From a virus, in the IMG/VR virus record IMGVR_UViG_3300045988_123588: a stretch of DNA of 64,000 bases. The stretch is one strand, 5' to 3'. The position numbers and the translations under genes are program-made. Below the pieces are notes generated by a model. The model ran no database searches. It saw only the letters and a list, made by a program, of their open reading frames with translations, and was not told the origin of the DNA. Below, in pieces: positions 54,398 to 63,439 of this stretch; position 1 is the first letter of the stretch; each line of letters opens with the position of its first letter.

Positions 54398-54691
54398 ATG
54401 AAAACTTATTTGATAGCTTATTATGATAATTACGATGGAGTATATCAGGGTAGAAGTAGGACTCTGGAGTCATATCTAAAACAGAGTGTCCAATGGGCCA
54501 AATTATTTTCAACCGTTTGGATAGTGAATTCAGACCTGACCAAAGAGAAAATACTTCAGAACATAAATGATGTTTTAGGAGACTCATCTCCTTACTTCAA
54601 GATATTTATTACCGAGATATCCAGTAGTAGTTATACTACAAGCGGATTTTACAATGATATAAATAAATGGTTAGAAATTAATATAAAATAA
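54398..54691 (+). CDS. Hypothetical early protein
   Basis: 97 aa, directly after a consensus promoter. Confidence 0.55.
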   Translation: MKTYLIAYYDNYDGVYQGRSRTLESYLKQSVQWAKLFSTVWIVNSDLTKEKILQNINDVLGDSSPYFKIFITEISSSSYTTSGFYNDINKWLEINIK

Positions 54692-54692
54692 C

Positions 54693-54869
54693 ATGAAACC
54701 CTCAAAATTTACTACTGTAAAGGATATGAAGGATTACCTGGACTCATTACCCAAAGAGATGGATGATTATAGGGTCAATATCCATGTAGACCATAATACT
54801 GCTAAGGAGTATTTTGAAGCGGGGATAGACCAAAACCATCAGATTCTATATATCTATAACGAGAATTAA
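54693..54869 (+). CDS. Unlisted 58-aa ORF; member of a small paralogue family with 62596..62820 and 63436..63687
   Basis: MKPSKFTTVKDMKDYLDSLPKEMDDYRVNIHVDHN...QILYIYNEN*. It exactly fills the gap between two listed ORFs. Confidence 0.45.
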   Translation: MKPSKFTTVKDMKDYLDSLPKEMDDYRVNIHVDHNTAKEYFEAGIDQNHQILYIYNEN

Positions 54870-54870
54870 A

Positions 54871-55329
54871 ATGAAAATCAACCGAGGCTGTATTAAACTG
54901 AAATTGCAAAGGCATCTATCCGCCCAGGAAATCTGGAATCAGATTATGGATGTGCATATTCAGGCGCTGGAATCCCTTTTAGAGGATAAGAGCTTAGATA
55001 AATGGAAAATTATATTCCCTTGCTATGGAACTTCTCTAGAAGCGGTGGAATCCATGGCAAAAGAATACATAGATGCCTTCAAAAGAGTTCAGGGTAATAC
55101 GTTCAACGAAAGATATGAGGATGTTGAAACAATGTTGGTGAAAGGTTTAAACCAAAGATGGTTCAACACTATCATGAGTACACTATATATGATGGAAGAG
55201 GACTTAATGGAAATGAGTTCTGATTCTGTCTTCACTCTCTGGGATATTTTCTTCACCTGCCAGGCATTGCGTAAAGAAAATAATGTGGTAGCTATGGGAC
55301 TTAACACTTTTGAGCTTAAAAGACAGTAA
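54871..55329 (+). CDS. Hypothetical protein
   Basis: 152 aa. Confidence 0.5.
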   Translation: MKINRGCIKLKLQRHLSAQEIWNQIMDVHIQALESLLEDKSLDKWKIIFPCYGTSLEAVESMAKEYIDAFKRVQGNTFNERYEDVETMLVKGLNQRWFNTIMSTLYMMEEDLMEMSSDSVFTLWDIFFTCQALRKENNVVAMGLNTFELKRQ

Positions 55330-55331
55330 AG

Positions 55332-55559
55332 ATGAAAGACACAATTAAAATCACGGGTTCATCAAGAATCGAGAAGGTTATTTTTGATGATGAGACCAGG
55401 GATATCGAGATAACCTTCAAAGGAGAAAAGGTATATCTGTATAATTCGGTATCAGAGTTTGACTTCAGGATGTTCAAAGAAGATATACAAAACGGGGAAT
55501 CCGTTGGGAAGTCCTTCGAGAAGAGAATCAGGAATAAGTACTCAGGTAAAAGATTATGA
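55332..55559 (+). CDS. KTSC-domain protein
   Basis: VIFDDETRDIEITFKGEKVYLYNSVSEFDFRMFKEDIQNGESVGKSFEKRIRNKY fits the KTSC pattern. Confidence 0.55.
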   Translation: MKDTIKITGSSRIEKVIFDDETRDIEITFKGEKVYLYNSVSEFDFRMFKEDIQNGESVGKSFEKRIRNKYSGKRL

Positions 55560-55975
55560 AAAGGTATTACACATCAGACGGAGAACCCGATGAGGCTAAA
55601 ACCCTTTGGGAAGCTGCAAAGAGAGTGATAATAGGAGTATCGGCATTCTGCGTAGTTTGCATGTTGTGGGATGCTAAAACAGTTCCACCAACACCAGATG
55701 CAACTCCTCACTGGAAAAACTGGGATGAATCAAGGCATTTATCCGAGGTGAAAAGCTATGACTACAAAAACGGTATAATTCACTACAGAGATGAATATAC
55801 TGGAGATAGGCCCAAGGAGTTAAATCTTCATGGGTCTTCTAGTAGTTACAGTTCGGGAATAACTTTACAAGTATCAGGGGCATCAGTTCACTTGGATATG
55901 GATGTAGAAGAACTCATGGACCAGTTAACTGAGGATGTAGATTTTTACGAATACTTCGAACGAAACATGGATTGA
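55556..55975 (+). CDS. Single-TM hypothetical protein
   Basis: The TM segment is VIIGVSAFCVVCMLW. Confidence 0.5.
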   Translation: MKRYYTSDGEPDEAKTLWEAAKRVIIGVSAFCVVCMLWDAKTVPPTPDATPHWKNWDESRHLSEVKSYDYKNGIIHYRDEYTGDRPKELNLHGSSSSYSSGITLQVSGASVHLDMDVEELMDQLTEDVDFYEYFERNMD

Positions 55976-55976
55976 T

Positions 55977-56297
55977 ATGGCAGGTCTGATTAAATTCAAA
56001 GTAAACAAGTACGTTCACGGCACCAGGAGTAAGGATGTATTTGAATTCAAACCAAAGGCCCAGATTATATTCGAGGGTAAGAGAATTGGTCACATCATTG
56101 ATACAGAGGTATACTTTTACATAAGTGTAAAGGACACTACTCTGAACTACATACCTGAATTGTGGGAAAAATTCTCTACTCATCAGGAAGCAAAGGAAGC
56201 AGTAATAACCCAGGCAGAATATATCTGGAAAACACTAAACATTTATCATCCACTTAAAACATTAGCACCAAACTACGGATTATGGGAAAAGAAGTAA
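55977..56297 (+). CDS. Hypothetical protein
   Basis: 106 aa with an ATGGCA start. Confidence 0.5.
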   Translation: MAGLIKFKVNKYVHGTRSKDVFEFKPKAQIIFEGKRIGHIIDTEVYFYISVKDTTLNYIPELWEKFSTHQEAKEAVITQAEYIWKTLNIYHPLKTLAPNYGLWEKK

Positions 56298-56608
56298 AGA
56301 AACCGACAAACAGCTGGGTATGGAAAAAGATATTCGGTATAACTCTATTAGGATGGATGAATATCCTGATATTTCAATGGCTATTCCTCCGAATATCTTA
56401 CCATTGGGTATATGTAGACCCTGATAGAGATGAAGATGCTAGAGTAGATACTTTTTGGGATGATGAGAAACAGCAGTTTGTTGCAAAAACTTTCTACTAC
56501 TATGCCTTTATCGGGTGTATTTTACCTCTAACTGGATGGTGGGGAGATTATGTAATGCCTTTCAAATTCAAATATCGTTTAACTAAAGTAAGGGAGTATT
56601 ATGAATAA
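56282..56608 (+). CDS. Membrane protein with two TM helices
   Basis: The TM segments are IFGITLLGWMNILIFQWLFL and YYYAFIGCILPLTGWW. Confidence 0.5.
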   Translation: MGKEVKKPTNSWVWKKIFGITLLGWMNILIFQWLFLRISYHWVYVDPDRDEDARVDTFWDDEKQQFVAKTFYYYAFIGCILPLTGWWGDYVMPFKFKYRLTKVREYYE

Positions 56609-56879
56609 ACTGTACAAAACCATTTTGAAGATAGTCATCGTATCTTTTATTACACTAGCTATATTCACTATGGGTTTCACATTAGCTGGTATACATGAAG
56701 CAAAAGGAGCAGACGTTAAGACGTTCAAAATTCAGAGACTAAAACCAAATATGTGGTTTGAGGGGACGAATAGTATTGGCGATATAAAAGGATATGGTTA
56801 TTATTTAACTAAATCCGATGGTACAGTTGTACTATTGGTAATAAATCCCCAAGGAGGTATAATAGAAATACAATTATGA
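56601..56879 (+). CDS. Signal-anchor/TM small protein
   Basis: The hydrophobic segment is ILKIVIVSFITLAIFTMGFTLAGI. Confidence 0.5.
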   Translation: MNKLYKTILKIVIVSFITLAIFTMGFTLAGIHEAKGADVKTFKIQRLKPNMWFEGTNSIGDIKGYGYYLTKSDGTVVLLVINPQGGIIEIQL

Positions 56880-57058
56880 GTACCGTAGAATTTAAGGCTG
56901 CATGTGCAGCACATCGTAAGTGTTGTCCTTACAAAGCAACGGGCATGACTAAGTGTGGTGCCAATGAAAACATTACACCTGACGGTAAATGCCCTACCAA
57001 AGACTGTTATTACATGGCTAAATTCAAGAAGGCTCTCAAAAAATTATCCGATAAATGA
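56876..57058 (+). CDS. Cys-rich 60-aa protein
   Basis: It has seven Cys residues (CAAHRKCCPYKATGMTKCGANENITPDGKCPTKDC). Confidence 0.45.
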   Translation: MSTVEFKAACAAHRKCCPYKATGMTKCGANENITPDGKCPTKDCYYMAKFKKALKKLSDK

Positions 57059-57240
57059 AGCCATCAATCGTAGCTGAAACCTATAATGAGCTTATGGGAC
57101 CAGAGTCTCAAGTTAAATCTGTAGAGATTCAGGACGATGGTTTCAGACAAATTGTCTATGTTAACATGTATAGAAAACAGGTCCAATGCTTAGAACACAC
57201 TGAAACTACCTATACCGTGAACGAACCCATAAAGAATTAG
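57055..57240 (+). CDS. Hypothetical protein
   Basis: 61 aa. Confidence 0.45.
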   Translation: MKPSIVAETYNELMGPESQVKSVEIQDDGFRQIVYVNMYRKQVQCLEHTETTYTVNEPIKN

Positions 57241-57248
57241 TGAAATAA

Positions 57249-57280
57249 TTTGCAGGGGTTGATATTTATATCTATATTTG
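57249..57280 (+). promoter_or_regulatory. Promoter TTTG-N20-TATATTTG (distal of a tandem pair)
   Basis: TTTG is at 57249-57252 and TATATTTG at 57273-57280. Confidence 0.65.
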
Positions 57281-57362
57281 CATAAACAATAAAAGGGAAA
57301 AGCCACAAGAAGTTAACACACAAGAAGCCAAGAACACCACCTCAAAGAAAATGATAAAAATA

Positions 57363-57394
57363 TTTGCATATATAGAAAAGTTCCCCTATATTTG
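57363..57394 (+). promoter_or_regulatory. Promoter TTTG-N20-TATATTTG (proximal of a tandem pair)
   Basis: TTTG is at 57363-57366 and TATATTTG at 57387-57394. The 28-mer tatatttgcaataggaaataagaaataa is identical to 49731-49758. Confidence 0.7.
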
Positions 57395-57460
57395 CAATAG
57401 GAAATAAGAAATAATAAAAACACTTTTTAATTTATTGTAAAACCTTTAACATTGTAAGCC

Positions 57461-57916
57461 ATGAAAAAGAACAAGAAAAATCAGGCTCAGAAAACTGAAA
57501 AGACCAACCTGGTAGAGGGAATCAACAACCTCATCGAAGAGAAGACCCAGAAGGTCGAGAAATCCAAGAAGGCTCTGAAGGCAGAGGTCAAAAAGGAGGA
57601 AACTCCTGAAGCGGCCAAGGAGAAGAAGGTCAAGAAGACCAAGAAGGAGAAACTGGTCGATAAGACCAAGAAAAAAGTCGAAGCCAATCTCGTAGAAGAG
57701 GTGGTAACGAAACGGGAGGTTAAATACATCTACCCCGCCGACTGCGAAGACACCCTTTCCAGGAAAAAGTTCCGGCAGCAGGTCCGAAACAAGATTCACC
57801 AGCTGGAGCTGGCCATGCTCCGAATCGAGAACCAGGATTCGAAGGAGTTCAAGAAGGCCAAGAAGGAATACCTGGAGTACAAGAACCAATTCGTCAAGGA
57901 ATCCGTTGCAATCTAA
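57461..57916 (+). CDS. Lysine-rich protein
   Basis: 151 aa (KKNKKNQAQKTEK...KEKKVKKTKKEKLVDKTKKKVE). Codon usage is G/C3-rich. Confidence 0.65.
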   Translation: MKKNKKNQAQKTEKTNLVEGINNLIEEKTQKVEKSKKALKAEVKKEETPEAAKEKKVKKTKKEKLVDKTKKKVEANLVEEVVTKREVKYIYPADCEDTLSRKKFRQQVRNKIHQLELAMLRIENQDSKEFKKAKKEYLEYKNQFVKESVAI

Positions 57917-57934
57917 TCTTTCATAGTAGGAGAG

Positions 57935-57961
57935 GGGGCACAGGGCTAAGGCTCTGGCCCC
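57935..57961 (+). terminator. GC-rich hairpin without a T tract
   Basis: ggggc(a)cagggc pairs with gctctggcccc around a taag loop. Confidence 0.4.
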
Positions 57962-57995
57962 TCAGTATAATCACCTTTTAACGATATGAAAGATT

Positions 57996-58295
57996 ATGAT
58001 TGTTGGCTTACCAGAGAAAGCAATTCAGAAGGTAGATAAGGAATTGCTAGAATTACACAAAGAAGTCCTTAGGTCATACCTAACACAACGGAACCTTAAA
58101 CATAGGCATCAGAAAAAATTCTTTAAGATATACGACCATTACATTTCGGAGAGGAATATAAGGAGATTCTTCTTCCGTCCTGCTAAGCTATTCGTATATG
58201 CTTTAGTGACTGACCGATTGGATGACATCGAAGACTATGTACCATTAAAAGATAAGCACCATGTTTCCCGAAAGAGTAAAAAGCGTAACGCTTGA
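57996..58295 (+). CDS. Hypothetical protein
   Basis: 99 aa. Confidence 0.45.
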   Translation: MIVGLPEKAIQKVDKELLELHKEVLRSYLTQRNLKHRHQKKFFKIYDHYISERNIRRFFFRPAKLFVYALVTDRLDDIEDYVPLKDKHHVSRKSKKRNA

Positions 58296-58659
58296 TAAAT
58301 CCAAAATCACCTACTACCTTCAAACTCAAGGGGGATACCCTATAAATCCCGAATTATATCAGGTAGAGGATTTGGCATTCGATTGCGGAATAAGGTCAAA
58401 TCAATATATCCCTGACTATGCCATTAAGGGGTACTTTAAGGTGGATGAGAATATGTTACATCCAGTATTTATCGAGAATATTGATGGGCCTCATTTATTA
58501 TATATTTCGGGTATACCAAGAAATATTTCGGTACAAGAAAAGAATAGGTTCAGGTTTCCTGACCCGGTCTGGTTATCATATTGGGAAGATAAGTATATAG
58601 GCTACCTTTTTCAAGTGGTAACTAGAGAATCAGCATTAAATCACTTAATAAATCAATAA
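58261..58659 (+). CDS. Hypothetical protein
   Basis: 132 aa. Confidence 0.45.
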   Translation: MFPERVKSVTLDKSKITYYLQTQGGYPINPELYQVEDLAFDCGIRSNQYIPDYAIKGYFKVDENMLHPVFIENIDGPHLLYISGIPRNISVQEKNRFRFPDPVWLSYWEDKYIGYLFQVVTRESALNHLINQ

Positions 58660-58679
58660 CTTATAAACAACAAGACACT

Positions 58680-59189
58680 ATGAAAACTGCAGAGTATGTA
58701 AAACAGTTTAAGTTGGACACCCCGAATTACAACTTTAACCGGGAGAAATTCATGGAGGCCTTCGGCCAAGAATTTAAGGACCGAATTGAGGCAATGATGA
58801 CAGCCTGCAAAAAGATGCAGGTGCAGTTTACCTATGAAAAATTCCTTCATGCCATCAAGGAACAGCAGGACAAGTTTTGGCAAATTTCCAAGAAAAAACT
58901 TGGAGAGCCATTATCCGATGGCTTATTCTCAGCTTTCTTTGCCCTGCATGTAATACCTCTCCGGGCAAATCTCTTTCCCAACGTCCATGCGGAAATAGAA
59001 GAAAGACGTCAAAAGGCCATTGAAAGAGAGGCCAAGTTTAGGGCCGAAGAAGAGGAACGGCAAAGAGAAGCCAAAGAGAAAGCGGAGAAAATGAAACCTT
59101 TATTAGATGCCGTAATTGCCTATGGAGCTGCCCAAAATTTGGCAAAGCAGGGCAAGGTAAAGGCTACTAAAACCAAGGGGAAACGGTAA
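58680..59189 (+). CDS. Hypothetical protein with a charged helical C terminus
   Basis: 169 aa. The C-terminal segment is EERRQKAIEREAKFRAEEEERQREAKEKAEK. Confidence 0.5.
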   Translation: MKTAEYVKQFKLDTPNYNFNREKFMEAFGQEFKDRIEAMMTACKKMQVQFTYEKFLHAIKEQQDKFWQISKKKLGEPLSDGLFSAFFALHVIPLRANLFPNVHAEIEERRQKAIEREAKFRAEEEERQREAKEKAEKMKPLLDAVIAYGAAQNLAKQGKVKATKTKGKR

Positions 59190-59227
59190 ATCCTAATAAT
59201 ACAAGACTCTAAAGTTACTAAGATTTT

Positions 59228-59488
59228 ATGAGGTCATTTTTAACCTTGGCTGTTATGATAACGGATAATATCCTGACATCATATAAGACAGCCGGAGAGG
59301 AAGGAGTAAGTTTGAGCTACGAGTATAAATTAAACTCGGTTGATATAGAGGTAGTTTACCCAAAGCACGTAGACCAGCTATGTTCAGGGCTTTTAGCACT
59401 GAGTAACCAGCTAAAGTTCGAAAATCAGATATCTGATTTTAATCTATCCATAAGCTCATCTAAATTGAAGGTAAGCCTATTCAGGTGA
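59228..59488 (+). CDS. Hypothetical protein
   Basis: 86 aa. Confidence 0.4.
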   Translation: MRSFLTLAVMITDNILTSYKTAGEEGVSLSYEYKLNSVDIEVVYPKHVDQLCSGLLALSNQLKFENQISDFNLSISSSKLKVSLFR

Positions 59489-59516
59489 TCCAGCAACCTG
59501 ACTATCAAAGAGTTAA

Positions 59517-59555
59517 TTCAAAAAGGCCCTTGCCACAACAGGGCCTTTTTATATA
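59517..59555. terminator. Bidirectional-type intrinsic terminator
   Basis: aaaaggccc pairs with gggcctttt around an 11-nt loop, with A and T tracts on either side. Confidence 0.8.
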
Positions 59556-59596
59556 TTTTTATTGGGATTAACTATTAGATACCAAAATCAAACATC

Positions 59597-60445
59597 ATGA
59601 AAGAACAAAAGATAGTTCCACGATTCCCAAGGGGGTTAGGTATAACCCAATTAGCCTTACAAGCTAATGCTGGAGATGATGAAGCTCTTAAGAATCTGAC
59701 CAAGTTTATTGTTCACACTTGGATAGTAAACAATGGGAAATTATGGTCAAGGGTTTATTCCGTAAATGAGCTAGCAGACTTCCTGAAATGTGAGCCAGCA
59801 ATTATTCAGATGCAGATGAAACAAACGTTTCTAGACAACGGCCTATTTGACCGTAACAAGATGGATGAAATTGCTGATTCTCTTATGGGGGCTTGCATAG
59901 GCTGGGCACTTGAAGACCGTATGGAAATAAGTCAACAGCTACAAATACTCAGGGATTCTCAGGGGGGAAGGTATGCTCCTTTCATAACCTCTGAAGTCAA
60001 TAAAGCCATTGGATTAAAACAACAGTCTACAACATCTCTTCAGAGTTTGGTACGTGCAGTATCTGGTGGCGGTACAGTAAATATCTTTAACCAACAGAAC
60101 AATCAATTCAACAATGCAGGTGAGTCTGAACCAGTGATGACACGGGATATAGCCATGGCTATGATTCAAAAAGAGATTGCTGACAAGGGTGGTGTAAAAG
60201 AGATAGAATATGTAGAAAACCAGTATGACTTCAAAGAATTACCCATCGTAGTTGCAACAAAACAAGAAGGCAATAGAGGGGAAAAAGAAGGTTTAACCCT
60301 CAAGAAGGCCGAATTGGATAGCGTAACAGGAGACTACCATGGTGCCTTAAAAGCTTTTGAAGAAGACCATCACCAAATCAGACGAGAAATCGAAGAGGGG
60401 ATAGACTACGAAGAGGTAGACCCAGAACTCGAAGATAACTTTTGA
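59597..60445 (+). CDS. Hypothetical protein with a possible HTH
   Basis: 282 aa. The possible HTH is YSVNELADFLKCEPAIIQ and the C terminus is acidic. There is no firm assignment. Confidence 0.45.
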   Translation: MKEQKIVPRFPRGLGITQLALQANAGDDEALKNLTKFIVHTWIVNNGKLWSRVYSVNELADFLKCEPAIIQMQMKQTFLDNGLFDRNKMDEIADSLMGACIGWALEDRMEISQQLQILRDSQGGRYAPFITSEVNKAIGLKQQSTTSLQSLVRAVSGGGTVNIFNQQNNQFNNAGESEPVMTRDIAMAMIQKEIADKGGVKEIEYVENQYDFKELPIVVATKQEGNRGEKEGLTLKKAELDSVTGDYHGALKAFEEDHHQIRREIEEGIDYEEVDPELEDNF

Positions 60446-60451
60446 TTTTTA

Positions 60452-60483
60452 TTTGCAAAATTAAATTTAATTTCTTATATTTG
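60452..60483 (+). promoter_or_regulatory. Promoter TTTG-N20-TATATTTG
   Basis: TTTG is at 60452-60455 and TATATTTG at 60476-60483. The ATG lies 22 nt downstream. Confidence 0.7.
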
Positions 60484-60505
60484 TATAAAGATAAAAATAA
60501 AGGTT

Positions 60506-60742
60506 ATGGACTTAATAATTAAAACCGAAACCCAGACTATAGCCATAGTTATTAAGGATAATCTGAGAGGATTTAGACTTAATCAAGCTGGTATAGTATT
60601 TCACTTATCTGATGAAGACCTTCAGAATATATCAGAAGTGTTAGAAATACACAAACAAGAAGTAGAGTTCTTGATATCTTTGAGAGAAAGACATCTGACA
60701 ATACTTCACAGACCAGGACAGGAAATCCAATTCAATCTATAA
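60506..60742 (+). CDS. Hypothetical early protein
   Basis: 78 aa. Confidence 0.5.
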   Translation: MDLIIKTETQTIAIVIKDNLRGFRLNQAGIVFHLSDEDLQNISEVLEIHKQEVEFLISLRERHLTILHRPGQEIQFNL

Positions 60743-60756
60743 CACAAATACCTACT

Positions 60757-61269
60757 ATGAAAGAAGTTTTAACTGCAACTAAAGTGGTAACCAGAATCAA
60801 TCAGCTTATCAATGAAGGTAAGAAGATTAAAGTATTCGGATTACCTTATCCCCCTTATAAGGAAGATATTGTTTTCACGGATGAAAAAGTAAATCGTCAG
60901 GGCTGGTTATGTACTAACAGTAAAGTAACTCTATCGGCACAAGCCTGTGCAACTAAGGTAAAGATACATACCATCACTGGTTGGTGCAATCTATTCCAGT
61001 ACGTAGAGAATGGTAAATATGTAGATACCATATCTGAAGATGGACAGTATATCGGTATGCAAGCTATGGATGATATCTGTCCCGGAATGCTACTGGGGGT
61101 AGCCCATGACGATACTCATACAAATCTCGGCATGATTCTCAATGTAGAGGATGACGAGACAAATAATGTGAGGGCTATAACTATAGCCGGGCCAGACTTT
61201 ATGGAGAAGACTCATTATCTTCCCATGAACGAAGCTACTAATTACTTCGTATTCGACAAAATCATGTAA
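60757..61269 (+). CDS. Hypothetical early protein
   Basis: 170 aa. Confidence 0.5.
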   Translation: MKEVLTATKVVTRINQLINEGKKIKVFGLPYPPYKEDIVFTDEKVNRQGWLCTNSKVTLSAQACATKVKIHTITGWCNLFQYVENGKYVDTISEDGQYIGMQAMDDICPGMLLGVAHDDTHTNLGMILNVEDDETNNVRAITIAGPDFMEKTHYLPMNEATNYFVFDKIM

Positions 61270-61286
61270 CGTTAACCTTTATAACT

Positions 61287-61637
61287 ATGCACATTAATCA
61301 GAAAATAGACCTTTTAATAAGGGCAAGCAGACTTTACTGCCACGGTATGTACCAAAAGTACGACCCTAAGTATCACCCAGCTATCAAAGGTGTAGTACTC
61401 AACTTTACTAATAAGTTGTTCGGTACAAAACCCGTAGAGAACAAAGTAAAGATAGATATCCGAAGCCTCTTCGAGGATGAAATCGAAAATAGACCGGGGT
61501 GGAAAGTATATTCTGGTATACGTATCTACATAGAGTTTCCTGATAATTCGGCCCTGGAATACGAGCTGTTCAAACATCCACTTATACCCGAAGGAGATAT
61601 CTGCTACAAACCTGTACCTATACCAGCTAAGGCCTAA
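61287..61637 (+). CDS. Hypothetical early protein
   Basis: 116 aa. Confidence 0.5.
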   Translation: MHINQKIDLLIRASRLYCHGMYQKYDPKYHPAIKGVVLNFTNKLFGTKPVENKVKIDIRSLFEDEIENRPGWKVYSGIRIYIEFPDNSALEYELFKHPLIPEGDICYKPVPIPAKA

Positions 61638-61654
61638 TAAATAAAGGACCATTA

Positions 61655-61685
61655 AGACCTCTTTTCTAGAGGTCTTTTCTGTGTT
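61655..61685 (+). terminator. Intrinsic terminator
   Basis: agacctct pairs with agaggtct around a 5-nt loop, followed by tttct. Confidence 0.8.
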
Positions 61686-61760
61686 ACTAAACTAACTTTG
61701 CCTTTATAGGAATTAAAATCTCTAGAATCTCTGCTTACTCCCCGATGCCGAGAAGTTTTA

Positions 61761-61792
61761 TTTGCATATTAAAAATATTATTCTTATATTTG
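61761..61792 (+). promoter_or_regulatory. Promoter TTTG-N20-TATATTTG
   Basis: TTTG is at 61761-61764 and TATATTTG at 61785-61792. The ATG lies 25 nt downstream. Confidence 0.7.
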
Positions 61793-61817
61793 TATAAAGA
61801 AATAAAATTAATGCAAT

Positions 61818-62156
61818 ATGAAAAACCAGGATTATAGAAAATTAGGAGAAGAGGCCATAAACGGGAAGTTTGCTGAATTGGAAAACAACCTGTGGGAAGA
61901 AGGATGGGCAGATAATCCCATGTCATATAGGCCGTTAGAACATGAGATTTACATAGAGATTATGTTAAGAGCCATGGGAACAATATCCATTATGTATAAA
62001 GATTACGATGACTTCTGGGCAAAGAATCCAACTGAAGAAGAAGCTTATAAGGTAGCACAGCCTATATTTAATAAATGGGCTAACCAACTTTATCCCGAAG
62101 TAAAATTGATAAACGGTCTTAATCAAGAACTAAACTATGGAAAAGAAGCTAATTAA
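61818..62156 (+). CDS. Hypothetical early protein
   Basis: 112 aa. Confidence 0.5.
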   Translation: MKNQDYRKLGEEAINGKFAELENNLWEEGWADNPMSYRPLEHEIYIEIMLRAMGTISIMYKDYDDFWAKNPTEEEAYKVAQPIFNKWANQLYPEVKLINGLNQELNYGKEAN

Positions 62157-62340
62157 GGACCTGAAAAGGGGGGAGTACTTTATCCTTAATCCAGTAGAAG
62201 AACCTCAGGAATACCAGGTATGGGTCAGAGGAGAATACATACCTCAAGCCAAAGCTTACAGTACTCATAAATGGTCTGATACCAATCATGAAGTACTAAG
62301 AAAAGGTAATAAGGAAGTCTACATAGGTTTCACCTTTTAA
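62137..62340 (+). CDS. Hypothetical early protein
   Basis: 67 aa. Confidence 0.45.
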   Translation: MEKKLIKDLKRGEYFILNPVEEPQEYQVWVRGEYIPQAKAYSTHKWSDTNHEVLRKGNKEVYIGFTF

Positions 62341-62352
62341 CACTTATAGATT

Positions 62353-62583
62353 ATGGCACAGAAAAGATACAAATTACTCATTTGGTTCTACCTGAAGAAT
62401 CATACTTATCATAAGACCATACATGCAGCTCATGATATGGAGGTAGAACTTACCAGAAAGGTAGAAGTAGCCAAATGGGTAGATGAAAATGATGAGAGTA
62501 TTGCTAAAGCATATCTCATCGACCGAGTAAAAGATACCCGAGAAACAGTAATTAAAAGAACCATAGAAATGACCATATACTAA
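62353..62583 (+). CDS. Hypothetical early protein
   Basis: 76 aa with an ATGGCA start. Confidence 0.45.
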   Translation: MAQKRYKLLIWFYLKNHTYHKTIHAAHDMEVELTRKVEVAKWVDENDESIAKAYLIDRVKDTRETVIKRTIEMTIY

Positions 62584-62595
62584 AAACTAAGAATT

Positions 62596-62820
62596 ATGAC
62601 TTACACTGTAGAAGATTTGATTGGAGCATTGGAAGAAATGGACCCTCAGGCACCAGTAATGGTAGCAGTTCAGCCAACTTGGCCATTTGAACATACCATT
62701 ACCGGAATAGTAAGTGACTGCAATGGGATTGTATACCTTGCATCCCAACAGCGTGGATATTTACCCCAAGATGCCAAAGATGCTTTTGAGAATGCCGGTA
62801 TATCATTCTCAGACCGATGA
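62596..62820 (+). CDS. Small protein of the L..L..(L/M)DP.A.V family
   Basis: The segment is TVEDLIGALEEMDPQAPVMVAV. Confidence 0.5.
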   Translation: MTYTVEDLIGALEEMDPQAPVMVAVQPTWPFEHTITGIVSDCNGIVYLASQQRGYLPQDAKDAFENAGISFSDR

Positions 62821-62826
62821 TTTTAA

Positions 62827-62858
62827 TTTGCAAATATGGATTTAATATATTATATTTG
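62827..62858 (+). promoter_or_regulatory. Promoter TTTG-N20-TATATTTG
   Basis: TTTG is at 62827-62830 and TATATTTG at 62851-62858. The ATG lies 27 nt downstream. Confidence 0.7.
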
Positions 62859-62885
62859 CAATAAGAAAAGATAAAACCTATAATT

Positions 62886-63254
62886 ATGGAAGATTATAAA
62901 AAGGTTATGCTCTCAGGTCTCAAGGAATCATTTAACTTGGGAAAGATTTATGAAGAGGAAGTAGATTGCATCAAGGAAGCAATCGAAGACACATATGCTG
63001 AAATGATAGAAGAATTAGATTCCAGACTGGGATTGGAACTCTACGATTATAAAGTAGAGATTAAATATGACCAGGACCGGATTCCTCAGTCATATAAGCA
63101 TACTCTTCTGGTCAAGTTCAATGAGTCAGAAGGAGCAATCAAAATGAATTTCCGAGGAGTATTAACACAACTGAAGGAAATTCTCTCTACCGGAGATGAT
63201 GAAGTACTGGTAGGGAGCTGCAATCTGGGTTTGGTAATAACCATTAAAGCATGA
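62886..63254 (+). CDS. Hypothetical early protein
   Basis: 122 aa. Confidence 0.5.
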   Translation: MEDYKKVMLSGLKESFNLGKIYEEEVDCIKEAIEDTYAEMIEELDSRLGLELYDYKVEIKYDQDRIPQSYKHTLLVKFNESEGAIKMNFRGVLTQLKEILSTGDDEVLVGSCNLGLVITIKA

Positions 63255-63439
63255 GTTCAATCAACAAAATATGTAGAGAATACAACTGGGTATGTAAGCA
63301 TATCAAAGGGCCTCTCTACAGGATAAAGATGCAGGAGTTATACATTGAAGTCAACAAAGCAATGAAGGACCCAAATTTAACTCCTGAACAGAGATTAAAA
63401 TTAATCGGTATTAGAGATACCTTAAAATTAAAGCTATGA
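63251..63439 (+). CDS. Hypothetical early protein
   Basis: 62 aa. Confidence 0.45.
   Translation: MSSINKICREYNWVCKHIKGPLYRIKMQELYIEVNKAMKDPNLTPEQRLKLIGIRDTLKLKL

Noticed and set aside
57446-57889. Antisense ORFs 57446..57889 and 57487..57729 opposite the lysine-rich gene
   Set aside because: This is the same low-complexity artefact. The two consensus promoters face the + strand gene.
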